A stretch of DNA of 63,844 nt, the filler included, from Reclinomonas americana ATCC 50394 (lineage: Eukaryota), in NCBI GenBank assembly GCA_048213135.1. It is 7 parts of 3 records of this genome, joined end to end, with 100 filler letters (N's around TTAATTAATTAA, not from the genome) between each part and the next. Parts side by side here need not be neighbours in the genome. Positions count along the whole stretch, not along the records: positions 9,701 to 24,375 come from PS015157.1; positions 24,476 to 28,893 come from PS015157.1; 5 more parts are not named here. One strand, written 5' to 3'. The notes under the pieces were generated by a model. It was given only the letters and a program-made list of their open reading frames with translations. It was not told the DNA's origin and ran no database searches. Numbering within the stretch: position 1 is the first letter of the stretch; the number at the start of each line of letters is the position of its first letter. Shown here one piece after another: positions 12,801 to 26,623 of this stretch. The position numbers and the translations under genes were made by a program.

Positions 12801-15800
12801 TCCACAGATGACACGCTGTCTGCTGGCGGTTCGGGCGCCGCCGCACCTCACATTTCCGTGTCTCTCGGATCGGCGCCACCTGGCGAGGTCAGTGGCCTCG
12901 GTTGGTGCTTGCACACTGCGGGTGTCATTTGACATCGCGTCGAACAGGGTACAAAGGAGGAGACTGCCGGCGATGACCCGCCAGTACGACGAATTCGCAA
13001 GCTCGGCGCCCAGGGATCCAGCAAAGAGCACAAGAAACGATTGCACAGTGTCGCCGCGAGTGACACCTTCGGCGCCTCCGTCGCTGGTGACATGGCCGCT
13101 ATCGATGCTTTCGCGACTGATAGCCGCGCCGAGGCGCCATGGATGTCGGCTCCCACAGTGTACTTTGAGCCGCCAACGCCAGTCGAGGGGTGAGAAACGA
13201 TTGGTGTTTTGGAAAACACTTGTCACTCACTGCGGTGATGTCACAGTGTTCGTGCTGAACCGCCTCCTGAATCGTCCCTGGTCGACAAATTCCAGCACGT
13301 CAAGTCCCGTTTCCTGGGTGTGGTCGACAGCTGCGGCCTGTCGGTGGAGATGAATACGGTGCTCGGCTTCCCCTCCACCGCCGAGTTGACGCGCCTCCAG
13401 GAGTCACTGCTGGAGGCCAATCGGTGAGCTTGCGTGAATGTGTTGCGTTTTCCTTGTCATTCGATGCTCATGCGCGTCGCCGTTACAGCATCACACATCA
13501 GCACTTGCTGGAGTGCCGCGGACTGCGCGACCGCGTGTCCAGTGTGGATATGATGCACGATGAGGACCAGCTTCGCCACATGGTACATACATGCTGTTTC
13601 CATCATGTCACTTGGCTCCTAACATTTGCTGCGCGCGCAGCTGGATCCACCGTCCCCACTTCCCGACCTGTTTGGTGCAGTTGCGTCCTCGGCCTCCCTT
13701 GTGTACATGCTCACGAATTCGCTGTTTGCCAATCGCGCGAGTCTGCAGTCACGAGAGGCCTACGGCCAGTTGCTGTACCACTTGCAGCGTGCACCGACAG
13801 TACTCTCGGCACTGGCATTGCGGGTGAACGAGGACCATGCGGCAGAGTTCGCCGAGGCTGTGGTGCGTGGCGGCGTGGAACAGTGTGTGTGGCGCAAGAA
13901 CTCACCCGCATCACAGGTCACTGATCTCTTTTCGTACTACTCGACAAACGAACGGTTGCTGTGCGCCTTTATTCATCGCCTCATCTTGGACGTGCGCGTT
14001 CCGGCGTTGTTGGCCAGCCTTCGCGCGTCTCCGGATCCAGCTCTGCGACAGCCGCAGTCGGAGGTGCTCATGCACTGTCTGCGCGAAATTTCCAAGGTTG
14101 ATTGTGCCCAGCTGTTGTTTTCTCCACTCCCACTTCTTCTTCTTCTTCTCAACCAAGTGCGGCAGAGGGAAGATCTCAACTGGTTCCTGCGTCACACGGT
14201 GTGGGACTCGGTTGTTCGTGAACTACCGACCACCCCGTTCGACTTGGTGTCCGAGGGCTGGATGGACAACTTGGAGTCGCTCAGTCGCCGGCTCATTGAT
14301 CAGCTGCTCATGGTTGGTTCTGCCAGTCTTTGACCCCCTCTTTTATTGTCACTGCGATCCAACGCTTCTTTCTTGTGAAAAAGGATTCCTCCATTCGTGC
14401 GCTCCCGTCGGTGGTGATTGCCGCCTGCCAGGCTGTCAGCGCCGCTGCTGGCGGGTCGGCTGCCGCAGCTCAGGCCGGCAGCGAATCGACAAGCGGAGAT
14501 GTGGGACCGACCGTCGGCACGCAGTGCCTGCTGCGGCTGCTGTTTGGAGTGCTGCTGAAATCGTCGCTGTCGTCCATGCTTCTGTCGGAGGATCCTTCGT
14601 TGTTTGTCGGGCGTCGTCTGCTATCCGATCGTTGCGTGCACACGGTTTGTGAGGGTCACATTCGTGTTCTCTCATCACCACAATGTGCCAGGTGAATTCG
14701 CCGAGGCTGTGAGGCGGCCAACGCACTCGTTCACCAGTCTCACAAATCCTTTCCTTGTCGACCCGCTGCACATTTTTGACGACGCTGAGGGCGAGGCACG
14801 TCGCCTGTGTTTTGCGTGCGTGTGGCGGTGTGAACGGCTGACTGACGAGTGTTCCGTCTGCAGGTGGTCAATCCTCTCTTTCTTACGAACACAATGCAAG
14901 CCAACGCCCAGGTGTCGGTGCGCGAGATCTTCTTGCGGCAGTGGAACTTGTCGGTGCTGGCCTCGATCGTGGCCACAGTGACTTCGGGCTCCACCGAATT
15001 GTCCGTGCAACCGCCTGGCTCCGACAAGTCCGTGTCGTTGACGCCGGTGGTCGAACGCCTATTACACTCGCGTCTGTCGCAGCTCATTGATTTCGCGCAC
15101 CGGGTTCGTGTGCCGCGCGCGGACGCCAAGCCATTTCGTGCCTAACCCACCCCGTGCGTACAGATTGAGAAGAACGAGCGTCTGAAACAGGCCGAGTTGC
15201 CGCGGCCGCCAGAAGTCTCCGATCTGCTGGTCATTCGCACCTCCAGTGTGTACCTCCTGCACCGCCTGCTGCGAGAGAACCCGTCGACCATGTTGCCCGA
15301 CACTGCGTCGTCGGGGACCAACAATCCTGCTCGCTGGGTCACGTCGGTCGTGCGCGACAATCTTGCTGGTGCCGAACTACCGCCGGTCCACGAGGCGCAG
15401 CTCCTTACCGCACCAGTCATTATGCAACTGCTTCCGTTCAGGCCGCTTGGCAGTTGCGCGGAAGGGAGACGAGAGAGTGTTGTTGTGCAAGAGGGAGGCC
15501 AGGCCATTCAACTGATATTTCTCCTCCACACACAGTCGCACAGTTGCAGCTCGGCCGCGCCAATAACACAGTCGGCACTCTTCACGAGCCGGGTGTGCCG
15601 CCGCCCTCGCTCATCGAGGGTACTCGTGCAGTGTTGGAGCGCGTTTCGCGTGTGTATGGCCGTGTGCAGCCGGTGCAGGAGTTGGAGAGTGCCTCACCGG
15701 TTACGCTGGTCGACATGAACAATCTGATCCAGTTGATGAGCACGCACCGTCCGGCGGTCGTGGCCATCCTGCAGTACGTCTCTTGGATGAAGGTGCGTCG

Positions 15801-17558
15801 GCATGGCAGACGCGTGGCCGCTGTTCTTTCGTAGTGCGTGCGACTTATGTACGCGCACGTGTTAATGTGCTAGTCTGTGCTGGATCGGATGCCTGCGGCG
15901 CACGAGGAGCTCGCTCGCCGACGAATGCAGCTCCAGATGCTTCTGCAAATGCAAGTCATCACGCGGATTGCCTCGTTGCCACGCAGAGTGATGCCGTCGC
16001 CAGTGGTGCATGCGGGGGTTTCGCCGCTGGCGAGTGACCGAGCTCCTGTTGTGTCGCCCGTACAAGGTGCGCGCAAGCGAGCGCGTGCACGCAACTCACA
16101 GCTTTTGGTTGTGCTCATTTTTCGTTGGGATATCACAATGCAGTGCCGCGATCGGGTTCCAGTCGACAGGTGCCAGAACCGCCGCGTGCAAACAGTGTTC
16201 CCCGTGTTCGTTTCTCCGAGGCACCCCCCGTCAGCGACGACGGTGGTGCCCGTGATCGTGTGGCAACGGCGTCGTCGCCCAGGTCATCGCCAACATCGGC
16301 ACCACAAGCAGCAGCAGCACCAGCAGCACAACCGGCAGGGTGGCCGTATGGTGCCGTGCGATTTGAGCGGCCTTTTGCTGGGCCCGTTGGCGTTGCTGGA
16401 CTCGGGAGCAACAGTCCCACCTCTTCGTCATCAGTCGCAACCGCGGTCACGCCAACATCGCTGCCAACGTCGGCATCACCGTTTGCCAGCATGTCACTGC
16501 AGCTAGGACCGCAAGGTGCGACAACGGCACCGCCAGCGCCGACCGTCGTGCGACCTGTGTTTGTGTCCACCGGAACGTCGCCGGCAACGTCTCCAGTGCG
16601 TGAACGCGAGGTCCAGCCCGAGCTTCCGCGGCAGTCGTCGCCCACATCACCGACACGACTCGCCTCGCGTGTTGCAACACCACCGACGCTCGACATGCGA
16701 GCACTGCGCAGTAATCCGTCACTCAAGTCCATTGAGTCGCCAGTTGATGTGCGTCGCCTGGCGTCCCCGTTCGCCACAGCGCTTGCCGTGCGACAGTTGC
16801 CTCCGGGAAGTCTGTTTGGCTTCCCTGTGATGACCAACTTGCCACCCGCCAGTGGCATTGGTAGTGGTGATCCACAACCTGCGCCCGAGCATAAACGCAC
16901 GCCCACACCACCTCAAGCCGCTCCTGCTTCACCACCGCGCCGTGGCACTGCTACTGGTGGCAGTGGTGGTACAAGCTCGGCACGCGGCACCGTTCGTGGA
17001 AGAGGAGTTGGCGGTGGTGGAGGAAAGCGAGGACGACCCGCGTCGGGGCGCGGTTCACAAGTGCGTGACACGAACCCGCCGCCTCGCGGTGATATCAGTC
17101 GACGGGGAACTGGCGGTGGTGGTGGTGGTGATGGAGGGCGAGGCAAGGTTTCGCGACCAGCATCTGCGGCGACGTCTTCATCACCTCGACGCGTGAGCTC
17201 CAGCCCGCAGCAGCAGCAGCGTGCAAATGGCGGTCGCCAAGACGACGGTGCGTCGTCGGTGCCTGTAGTGCCCTTGCGCCTTTCGTCACTCCTCGGGCAG
17301 TCCGCTCGAGTAGAGTCGTCATCACCACCACCACCTCGCGCGGCGTCACCACCAGCAGAGGCTGAGGAGGAGCCAGGTCGCTCACTGTCGCCGGAATCGG
17401 CGTCACCACGATGGCGCCAGTGGCTGGCTGGCCCGGACGACGACGGAGCTGCCGGTACAACCGCTACAGCAGCACCAGCAGCAGTGGTGCCGGTGAACCC
17501 CTTGCAACAGCTGCTTGTCAACAAATTCGGCAGCAGTGCACCACCAGGCAACTACTGA
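9183..17558 (+). CDS. Large multi-exon protein with a divergent RasGAP/IQGAP-like helical region and a Pro/Ser-rich C-terminus
   Basis: Chain of GT-AG-joined exons from MTTGVAWRRPKP|VRVKG to ...SSAPPGNY-TGA. EAYGQLLYHLQRAPTVLSAL and FSYYSTNERLLCAFIHRLI resemble the region preceding the IQGAP/GAPVD1 GAP domain. May be more than one gene; not every junction was traced. Confidence 0.5.
9487..9572. repeat. (CT)n(CA)n compound microsatellite in an intron, at a contig end
   Basis: Visible directly. Similar CA/GA tracts fill most long introns and border several gaps (e.g. 38153-38214, 61640-61680). Confidence 0.95.
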
Positions 17559-17612
17559 ATAAAAAAAATATGCAAATTCGACGAGATTGCATCCCACTGT
17601 ATTCTGCCTACT

Positions 17613-20489
17613 TTAGAAGCGCTTGGCGACTCGGGCTGCAAGCAAATGAACTCGTCACACTCTCACGTCACCAGGTGCACTGTGGCACAACAAGCTGTCA
17701 GTCGCTTTGTTCCATCGTCCATCACAACGACGTACGCAACTCCGATCGGGCAATCTCAGTTGGTCCAAGTCACCAACAATGACCTCGTGTCTTTGACCGT
17801 GGTGGCGGTAGAGTACGCGGAGAAGCTTGCGCTTTCCGGGCGCCGGGTCAAAGAAACCGGGGAGTTCGCTCTTGGTGCGACCGCCGGCTGCAGCAGATCA
17901 CAGATTAGTGCACCACACAGGTGAGGAGCACTCGGAGACAGACAAAGAGAGACGCACGGATAATGATCATGCCGTCGTCGACCATGATTTGCAGCGGGAT
18001 GGTGACACACCAGATAGGAGGCACAGTGTCCGAGGAGGACGGCTCTGCAGTCGGCCCGGGCACATCATCATCAGCTCACCTCCTTGTGGTCGTGAAAAAC
18101 AACAACACCAACAATGCGCTCACTGCACCTTCTTCATCCTCTTCGTCTCGGACAGCGCGTGCTTCGCCGTAGTTGGCCACCAGGATAACCAAGCCACCAT
18201 TCTGGTCGTCTGCGCATCGACAGTCAACAAAGCCTCGAATGAGACAGGTTGTGACAGTGCACATTGGTGCGTGCGTCGTCCATGTACGCAACATTGCTCT
18301 CTTCGATCCTGCTCCAGCACTATTCGCTCATATTCTACACGCATGTCATCGACCGCGCTGGCGGCGCGTTCCCGAGCAGCAGCCACACGCTCCACAAACG
18401 AGTCATCGTGCGCGGCATCACTCCTGCAGCTCATCGAAAACAGTGTGAGAGGGTGAGCTCAGGCGTCGCACTGGCCGACCACTGGACGCAACTCATCCGC
18501 TCGGATCTTTTCTACAGGTCTGAAGAAGAGCTGGTTCGCGCAGGTGTAGAGCAGGAGCGGAAGACCCACCGCCAGACCAGTTCTGTACCAAGAGAATTTG
18601 TTCGCCGACGCCACCTTGGAATCGACCTCGAGCGTCTGCGAACCGCGCTCCAAGCTACCAAACGAGTGTTACAAGGGCTGTTGGACGCAACAAAAAACAG
18701 GGAGAAAGCGGGTGAAACGCAACTATGTACGCAATACCGTGTCACGCCCAGCACCAATGTGCACATCGGCGCCGATTGAAGACCGCAAGCCGAGAGCACG
18801 GGATCCGCCGACTCTCGCCTCGGGGCCTTTGCCAAAGAGCCAGGCCACCTGGTGATGCCAGTGTGAGTGTGCGCCATGCGAGAGAGGCGGCAGAGAGTGT
18901 GTGAGAGTGAAGAGACACACCTGTCCGTCGACCATTTCGTGCTCCGAGGCCTGGTACACGTACTTGGTGCGAATCTCACTGCCCATGCTGCCCGTCTGTA
19001 CGACGCGCAGTGCGCTCTCGGATTGTCAGAATGCAGGACGGCAAGAGGACAACGGCGACGAGCAATCATACAACACGTCACCTTGCCCGACACCGACACG
19101 ACATGCTTGTCGCCGAATCGATGGACGGCGCCGACGTGGAAGCTGTGCAGTTTCCCCAACAGCACGTCGATGTGCGTCTGCACGGAGCGGTGCACGTGAG
19201 AAGGTGGTGGTACGATGTGTGTGTGCGCGGCAATGAGACCAACCTGCGTGTGAGAACCGACAGAGTGTCGCGCCCCGAGGCCGACACCAAAGCCAAACAA
19301 CTGATTGTACGACAGCTCGACCGTGCCCGTGCTACTCGTTCGACAGCACACACACACACACAAACAGTTGAGGTCAGGAAGAGGGGAAAGAGGAGCTGAT
19401 CGGGGACGCAACGCCTTGGTGCTGAGTGGGACTCGTACCCACGTGCCAACACGATTGAAGACGCGCGCAGTGCCGACACGCAGCGACACCTGTGACGATT
19501 GCCGATGGATGATGAGAGAGGGAGAGAGACACGCCACTAGCTTCACCATGTAAAAAACAACAACAACGCAACTCCTGTCTCTATGCCCGACGGAAAGTAG
19601 TGCGAGTACTCGACACCGCCGCGGCCCCATCCACGGGTCTCGATCATGGCTGCCGCGCCGTGCACCTTCAGCCGACCGTGCTCACCAATGCGGTGCTGCG
19701 TTGTTATTTGTTGAGTCAAAAGATGATCGACATCCAGCCAGCCAGCCACGAAACGACAGCGCTCACCTCAAAGCTCTGGTTCACGTCAACGCCATCCACG
19801 TCTGGGTACCATTTGGGATTGTCGAGGTCGTATGGATCGTACAGGCACTCAATGTCAATGATCGCCTGCTCAACAACAACAACAACAACAGAAGAGTGAG
19901 GATCACAAACGATGCACACACTGGCAAAGAGGAACGCAACTCGCACAGTGCCACGCGCATTCAGCGCTCGCTTGCTCTCCTGTCGCCGCTTCTTCATCGT
20001 CTCCTTTACAAACTCTTCACGCATCTGCGGCGGACCGAGATGTGGTGTGAGTACCAGCATCGCCACTGACAATGGGGAATCGACACATCACCTCTTCTTT
20101 CGTCCTTACACGAGTGGCCACCTGCCAGTTGACGCCCACCAGTCCAAAGTAGTCGTACCGCAGGCGTTTTTGTGGGTCGCGCAGAATCTGGGAGAGAGAG
20201 AGAGAGAGAGAGGCGATACGTGAGGAGACGAACTGCGACGCAGACTCCTCCAGCACACCCTCACCTCTGCAGCCGACAACACCTCCTGGTACTCCTTGGT
20301 ACGTTTCTCGCGCTCCTCAGCTGTCTCATGCGGAAATCGATCGGGATGCAGCTGCTGGAGCAGACGCCGAAACTTGCGATCAATGTCCCGTTGTGAGGCC
20401 TACTCCGTCGTCATCGACGGGCGATGATGTCAACAAGATGAGCAAACAACAATGACGGGACGACATGTCGCACATAGACACACACGCAG

Positions 20490-20527
<38 letters not shown>

Positions 20528-21011
20528 ATGACAGTCGTCCACAGCAGAGGTACGCTCAACGACTCTCACGCTCTCTCTCTTTGCCTGTTGTCTTTACACA
20601 AAAGCACATTGTGTGTGTCCATCCTCTCTCACTCTCACTGCGCGCACATCAGTGCACCTTATATATCGCACATTCCACAGTGCACGCGCTGTCAATGTGC
20701 TCCTTCCCTTCCCTCTCTCTCTCTCTCTCACACACACTCACATCGCGCGGCAAGCCGAATTTCGCATACAGGTCGACCTCCTCACTGTGCTCCTCGCCTC
20801 CTTCGCCTGGCACTCCACCACCACCACCATGCGCCTGCCTCTCCTGCAGTTCGCGTTCTGCTTCAATTCGCTCCTGCTGAGCACGCCACCTCGCGCGCTC
20901 TTGTCGCAGCAAGTCGTCCTCGGCAAGTGGAGGAACGCGCACAAACGCATTCTCTTCGTCTTCGATAATTTGGTAGTGCGGCTCGCAACTGTTGTCGCTG
21001 TCGCTGCTCAT
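17613..21011 (-). CDS. DNAJC11: DnaJ homolog subfamily C member 11 (J domain plus DUF3395-type C-terminus)
   Basis: DLYAKFGLPRD|ASQRDIDRKFRRLLQQLHPD, ILRDPQKRLRYDYFG, NARGTVR|AIID, GGLVILVANYG, VTIPLQIMV, KSELPGFFDPAPGKRKLLRVLY. About 16 introns; the last intron and stop are tentative. Confidence 0.88.
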
Positions 21012-22478
21012 TGTCGTCGAGCGTGGCTCACGCGACAACAAAGAACGAACGACGAGTTGTCGTGCAGGACACGAATCAACCTTTGCGTCTGCTCTACTCA
21101 TTCCGAACTGCATATGCAGTGGCAGAGTTGAGATGAGGTGAGACACAGAGAGAGTCCAGAGAGCGTGACTGGGCGGGGAGTCAGCGCAGAAAGCCGGGGA
21201 ACTTGAACGTCGCGATATCGATTATCGTGTGCTTGGATTGTTCGGATCGCATCCTTCGCAGCACACTTCAGCTGGCTCTTGGGGCCGCTCTTGGCAATAC
21301 TGACATCCATCCCGTACAATTGACAGGGCATTCTGCATTCAGTCTCTGCCATGCATGCGCACACGCTTCTCTCTCAATCTGTGTTCGACGACAATGCAGC
21401 ATTGTTTTGCCATCGCTCTCTCTCACTACCTCCCACCGTCAGCAGATACGCGCCGCAATCTGATGACCACGGCTGCAGGACGAGAAAGACGGCGATGTGG
21501 CATGCGCATGCATTGCATTGGTCGACGGTCACGAGCAACGTCTGCATTGTACACTGCTCTCCAACTTCCCCCTTAAGCAGCAACCAGCTCTCCAACGCGC
21601 TGCCACTCCACTCGGTCAACGTACCATCAACCCTCTGCCACATGCAGGCGACGATTGGTCAAAATCAATATTGTCGGACACGAGTATCTTTTTGGATACT
21701 GCTTAGGGACTGAGTGTAGCGAGCGCACACGCGTATCCCACCCACGACGAGTCCCGCACAATGAGTTTTTTATGCGACCCCCGTGCGTTGCGCATATTGC
21801 GTATTCGTCGCACAAGTTTTGTCCGAAATGCATATTCACATAACGCCGACAAATTTCCTCTCTCGGCGCTCATAACAGTCAGTTGTGAGACCACGCGCGC
21901 ATATGCTCACATAGCACCCAGAAAGCGACAGAGCAGTGTGTGAGAGAGAAAGAGGCGTGATTTGGTTTTTAAAGCTGACGCGGGTGATTGCGCGGACGCG
22001 TATGGCAACCACGAGTGGCCTTTTGTGGATTCTGGCCATGTCCATCCTTCCTCTCCTCTCCCGCTCCTCTGTTCCCTCTCTTCCCTCGTGCTGTGATCTG
22101 TGTGACTCCCTCTGCGCTCTCCCTCGTTGCCACACGTTGTGTGCGTGTGCCTGTGGTTTGGGGGGGGGGCGGACGATCATTGCTGGCACACATCACGCCT
22201 GCCTCTCCTCGTTTTCTCCGCCACCGCCGATGCCTCTCAGTGCACAAGAACAAACAGAGGCAATCAGTGAGAGTGGTCACCAGCGATAGCCGTGATCGGT
22301 GGGGGGAGGGCGCGCGTGTGTGCGCGTGAGTTCGAACCTCTATCATCGTCATCCTCATCTTCGCGACCCTTACGATGTCTGCCCAACTCTCGCCTCCGCA
22401 CGAAACCACCTGTTTCCCTCCTTCTCTCGTTAACACCAGCACACTGGCGCCTCGTGTTTGCCTGTCTGTCAATCTTTT

Positions 22479-24107
22479 TCATTCTTGGGGGTTTCCACGA
22501 GTCATATGATACTGCTGCTGCTGCTGCTGCTGTTGCTGCTGAAGGAATTGCTGCGAGGGCGCTTGTGCCGCAGTGGGGGACGGCACCTGCTGATGCTGCA
22601 TGGGCGTCAGCGGCGAGCCGTGTGCGATCGGTGAGTTGAACGATGTCATGGGGTGATGGTGATGTCCGCCCCCGCCCGACGCCGCCGAGCCCAGCATCGC
22701 CCCGCCCGCCATCGTTGACAGTGGCTGGTAGGTGGAGTGCCCACCGATGATGGAATGTAGTGGCGGCAAAGGTCTGCACAACACAGAAAACACCGCACAA
22801 ACGCCGCACACGAGAGACACTGTCAATGGCCATCAAGCATCTCGTGCCGCGCAAGACACGTACCCTCGCTCAAACGCCATCTCCATGCCACTTGCGCCCA
22901 TGCTGCTGGCTGGCTTCACGTATCCGCCGTCGGCCACCGTCCCAAGACGGCTCGTCGGTGGAGACATGGCCGCCGCCAGTGAGTTCGAAGCGCCCATGGG
23001 CGACGGCGACAGCGGCGTCATCGACGAGCCTGGCGACATTGCGGCCAGAAGCGACGAAGTCGACATCTGAGACAGCAGCGACGGTCTGCCGTTGCTGCTG
23101 TTGTTGTTGCTGTTGCTGCTGCTGTTGTGGCTGCCGCCGATCGCTGCCGCCATGCCCAACGACGGCGAAGCCACTGGTAAAGGCACAGGAACCACATGAA
23201 GTGCAGTTGTCGAGCCCATCGGCGATCCCATGCCCGATGCCGTAAGAGGCAACGTGCCCGCTGAAGGCGAGGAGACCCTGCCGGTGGCGGTGGCTGGCAT
23301 GCGGTGGTCCAACATGTCGTCACGTGCCTGGCGTTTCCGCGGCGGTGACACTGAGCCGTCGGCTGCGCCCTGCAGCCTGTTCGACGCCGTGGCGGTCCTC
23401 GACGTGACTCCCCTTTTGTTCGACCGTTCCCTGCTGGCTGGGGGGCGGCGAGGCGGCTGCCGTGCGCGATCATCGTAGGGCACCGCGCTCCGCTCGCCGT
23501 ACTCGTACTCCTCGTTGTCGCTGTCGCTGAGGCTGCTGTTGTCGTCGAGGGAAGAGTCGTCCGAGTCGTCACACGATCGCTCCCGCTTGCGGGACCCAGC
23601 GACATGTGGCGGTGGTGGTGGCGGGTGCGGTACTGGCGGCGACATTGGCAGCGGCGAGGCAGAGGCAGTGGCGGAAGTGGAGGTCGAGGTGGAACCTGAA
23701 CCTGTCGCCGGGCCACCACCCTTCATGACATGCCACTTCAACGTGGACTGTGGCCGGTCGCTGAGCGCCAGCAGGTTCGAAAACGCTGGTGAACCGCTCA
23801 CGGCCTCGGCAAAGTCCTCCAGCCTGCGCATCTGACCGGCCGCCCGCATGGCCTCGGCAGTCGCCGGCGACGACGAGCTGCCGACCACTGCTGCCACTGC
23901 CATCGCCTCACTATTGGCGCCACTGCCCGCCATCTGCGTGACAGTAATACCGCCGCCTGCCGCAGTCGCGATGGTGGTGTTGGCGGCGGAAGGTGTGGAG
24001 GGCGATGCCACAGGTGCCAAGTGGGACTGTGGACTCAAACTGCTTCCCGCATCCGCCATCCCCACTTGCACAGCGCGGTCGCCAAATACCTCCACCAAAC
24101 CGGCCAT
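22479..24107 (-). CDS. Hypothetical low-complexity, probably nuclear protein (Ser/Ala/Pro/Gln-rich)
   Basis: ORF from MAGLVEVFG, intron 22774-22863 (GTACGT..CAG), ending QQQQYHMTRGNPQE-TGA. Basic clusters RKRER and PPRKRQAR resemble NLS. No domain recognised. Confidence 0.55.
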
Positions 24108-24475
24108 GGCCAGCTTGTGCTTTCTCCGCCTACAAGGGTCACGCAACGATGTGGAATAAAGGCAACACACAACACTCTGATGAATATACGAGCGCCGGTT
24201 TGTAAGAATGTAACTGGGAGGACACACGCACCTGTTCTCAAACCACACCTGCGCAGGCCAGCGGTAGCAGACGACAATGGAGCGTGTGCATGCGTCAGAA
24301 AGAGCGAGAAAAAACACGAGACCACAAAACCAAAACAAAAAAAAGTTGTGAGCGCAACTTGAATGCGATTCACAGNNNNNNNNNNNNNNNNNNNNNNNNN
24401 NNNNNNNNNNNNNNNNNNNTTAATTAATTAANNNNNNNNNNNNNNNNNNNNNNNNNNNNNNNNNNNNNNNNNNNN

Positions 24476-26623
24476 GACGGCGACACCGCTGCTGCTACCG
24501 CCGCCTCCACCTCCGTCCTCTTGTGCTCGGGGGTGGTGATGATGAGGGGAGGTGGCGGTGATGTTCGCAATGTCGACATGGCCGCCTTCGGCAGAAACAG
24601 GAAATGATTGTAATCGATCGTGACCACTGGCGTACTGTCGCGTCAGTGATGCCAGCACGTCCTGCATGGCAATGTCGACCGTGTCGGCCTCTGCTGGCGC
24701 GGGTGATGGTGAGGGGGACGCGGCATCGGGGCAGCTGGCGCCGACGCCACCAGAATCAGTGGTGGCATCCACATCGTCGGTGGCCGTAGAAGCAGTGCAA
24801 GTGTCGTGTTGCAGGTCAATGAATGGGTGCGACAAGAACTCGTCGACTGTGAGTCGTCGTGCAGGGTCCTGCTGCAGCAGTCGCACAAGCAAGTCGTAGC
24901 ACTGGTCGCTCATCTCCACATCGGCAGGTCGAGGAATCACTGGACAGCTTCGAATCACCGCCAGGAGCGCCATCTGAGACTTGGCGGTGAACGGTAATCT
25001 GCCAGTCATCATCTCGTACAGAATCACGCCGACACTCCACAGATCCACGTTCGAAGCGTAGTGTCCGTGATCCAGACATATTTCAGGCGCCTGCAAGACA
25101 AACTGGCAATCAGAACACACGCGACAACTACAATGCAGCGCTGCTGCGAAGCACCGCCAAACGCACCATGTACAAGGCAGTGCCCACTTGGCTGTGTTTC
25201 ATCACCATGTCCTCGTTGATGCACTTGGAGAGGCCGAGATCGGCAATCTTCAGGTGCGTTCCCTCCTCGTCCAACAGCAGCAGGTTGGCGGGTTTCAGAT
25301 CGCGATGCACCAACCGATGCTGGTGCAAGTAGGCGAGGCCCGAAGCCAGCTGCCGCATGAGGCGACGCGTTTCCACCTCCGGCAGTCGCCCGCGCCGTCT
25401 CAGCAGCGCCTGCAGATCGCCACCCGCACAGTACTCCATCACCATCCACAATTCACGCTTGCTGTGCACGTCAAAACTCTGCACAGAGAGAGACACGCGT
25501 GAGGGCACGGATCCAACCAAAGAAGAGGGAGGGGAGAGAGTGATAGAGAACGCAACATCCTCAATGGCAATCAGGTGTGGATGGCGCAACGCGGAGCAGT
25601 AGTGCAGCTCCGTGTAGAGGCCGTTGTAGAGAATTGGATCATCAAACCGATCAAGATTGACGACCTTGACAGCGACCGGGTGGCCATCGAAGCGATGCCG
25701 TCCGCGGTACACCTTGGCGAAGGAGCCACTGCCGAGCTTCTGCAGACCGGAGACGTAGTAGTCGCCCTACGGGGGGGAGAAGCGATACGAGAGGATGGGA
25801 GAGGAAGAGGATGAGAACGACAAGCGGAGGCGACACAGGTGGAACAACGGACAGGCTGTGGAAGATAACTAGACAGACTTGAGAGAAGGAGAACTGCCGC
25901 CACCACAGCAGAGTATATGCGACACGGCACGGACAAGAAGGACAACAGTGAAATGTGCCAGAGAGGCGATCGGGCAGCAGACACTGCCAAACGAAGAACT
26001 AGTCGTTCACAAGACGGATCACACGTGCTGAACAGAGGCGATCGAGTAGTGCACACCGTGACGAAAGAAAAGTGGGAGATTCTCAGAGTCACAGAACCAA
26101 ATGAGGCCTTTCGGCAGCAACAATGCACTCTCCGCCCTCGCTCAACGTGGGGGAGGAGACACGCAGGAAAACTTCAAAGTGAACCACGGGGGACGAAAGA
26201 TTAGCGAGCAGTGTTTTCCGAACAGCCAGACAAGCAAGACAATGAGACACACACACACCAGACAAGATGAAACGCAAGAGCGACATACACACACACACAC
26301 ACAATGCTAACGACATGCAAGTGCGCGTGGACACACAAAGGGCAACCACGAAACACAAAAACACACAATAGAAGATCTTGCGCTGACAGGATCTCTGCAC
26401 CTTGGTGGCAATCAGTGGGGGTGACGTGGATTCTCTATCTGCCTCTCACCACTGCTCTCACGTGAGTTGCATGTGCACTCACCCGTGGAAACTCGCCGCG
26501 CATTCGACGCAACGCGACTCTCGCCGCCTCTGCTGTCGCCAGAGATGACGGCGATGACGCACATGTCGGCTGCGCTCTTCCCCTCTGCTGCTCGTCTCCT
26601 TTTTCGGTTTCGGGGTGCTCCAT
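24476..26623 (-). CDS. ATG1/ULK-family Ser/Thr kinase (copy 2; 3' end in gap)
   Basis: LGSGSFAKVY, VAVK, MVMEYCAGGDL, HRDLKPANLLL, KIADLG, GTALYM|APE, DLWSVGVILYEM. Introns 25479-25556 and 25091-25166; first exon and intron 25767-26482 tentative. Confidence 0.85.

Noticed and set aside
21098-21650. Cys-rich short ORFs on the minus strand (e.g. GCQYCQERPQEPAEVCCEGCD) between DNAJC11 and the next gene
   Set aside because: I could not assemble a consistent spliced model or recognise a family.
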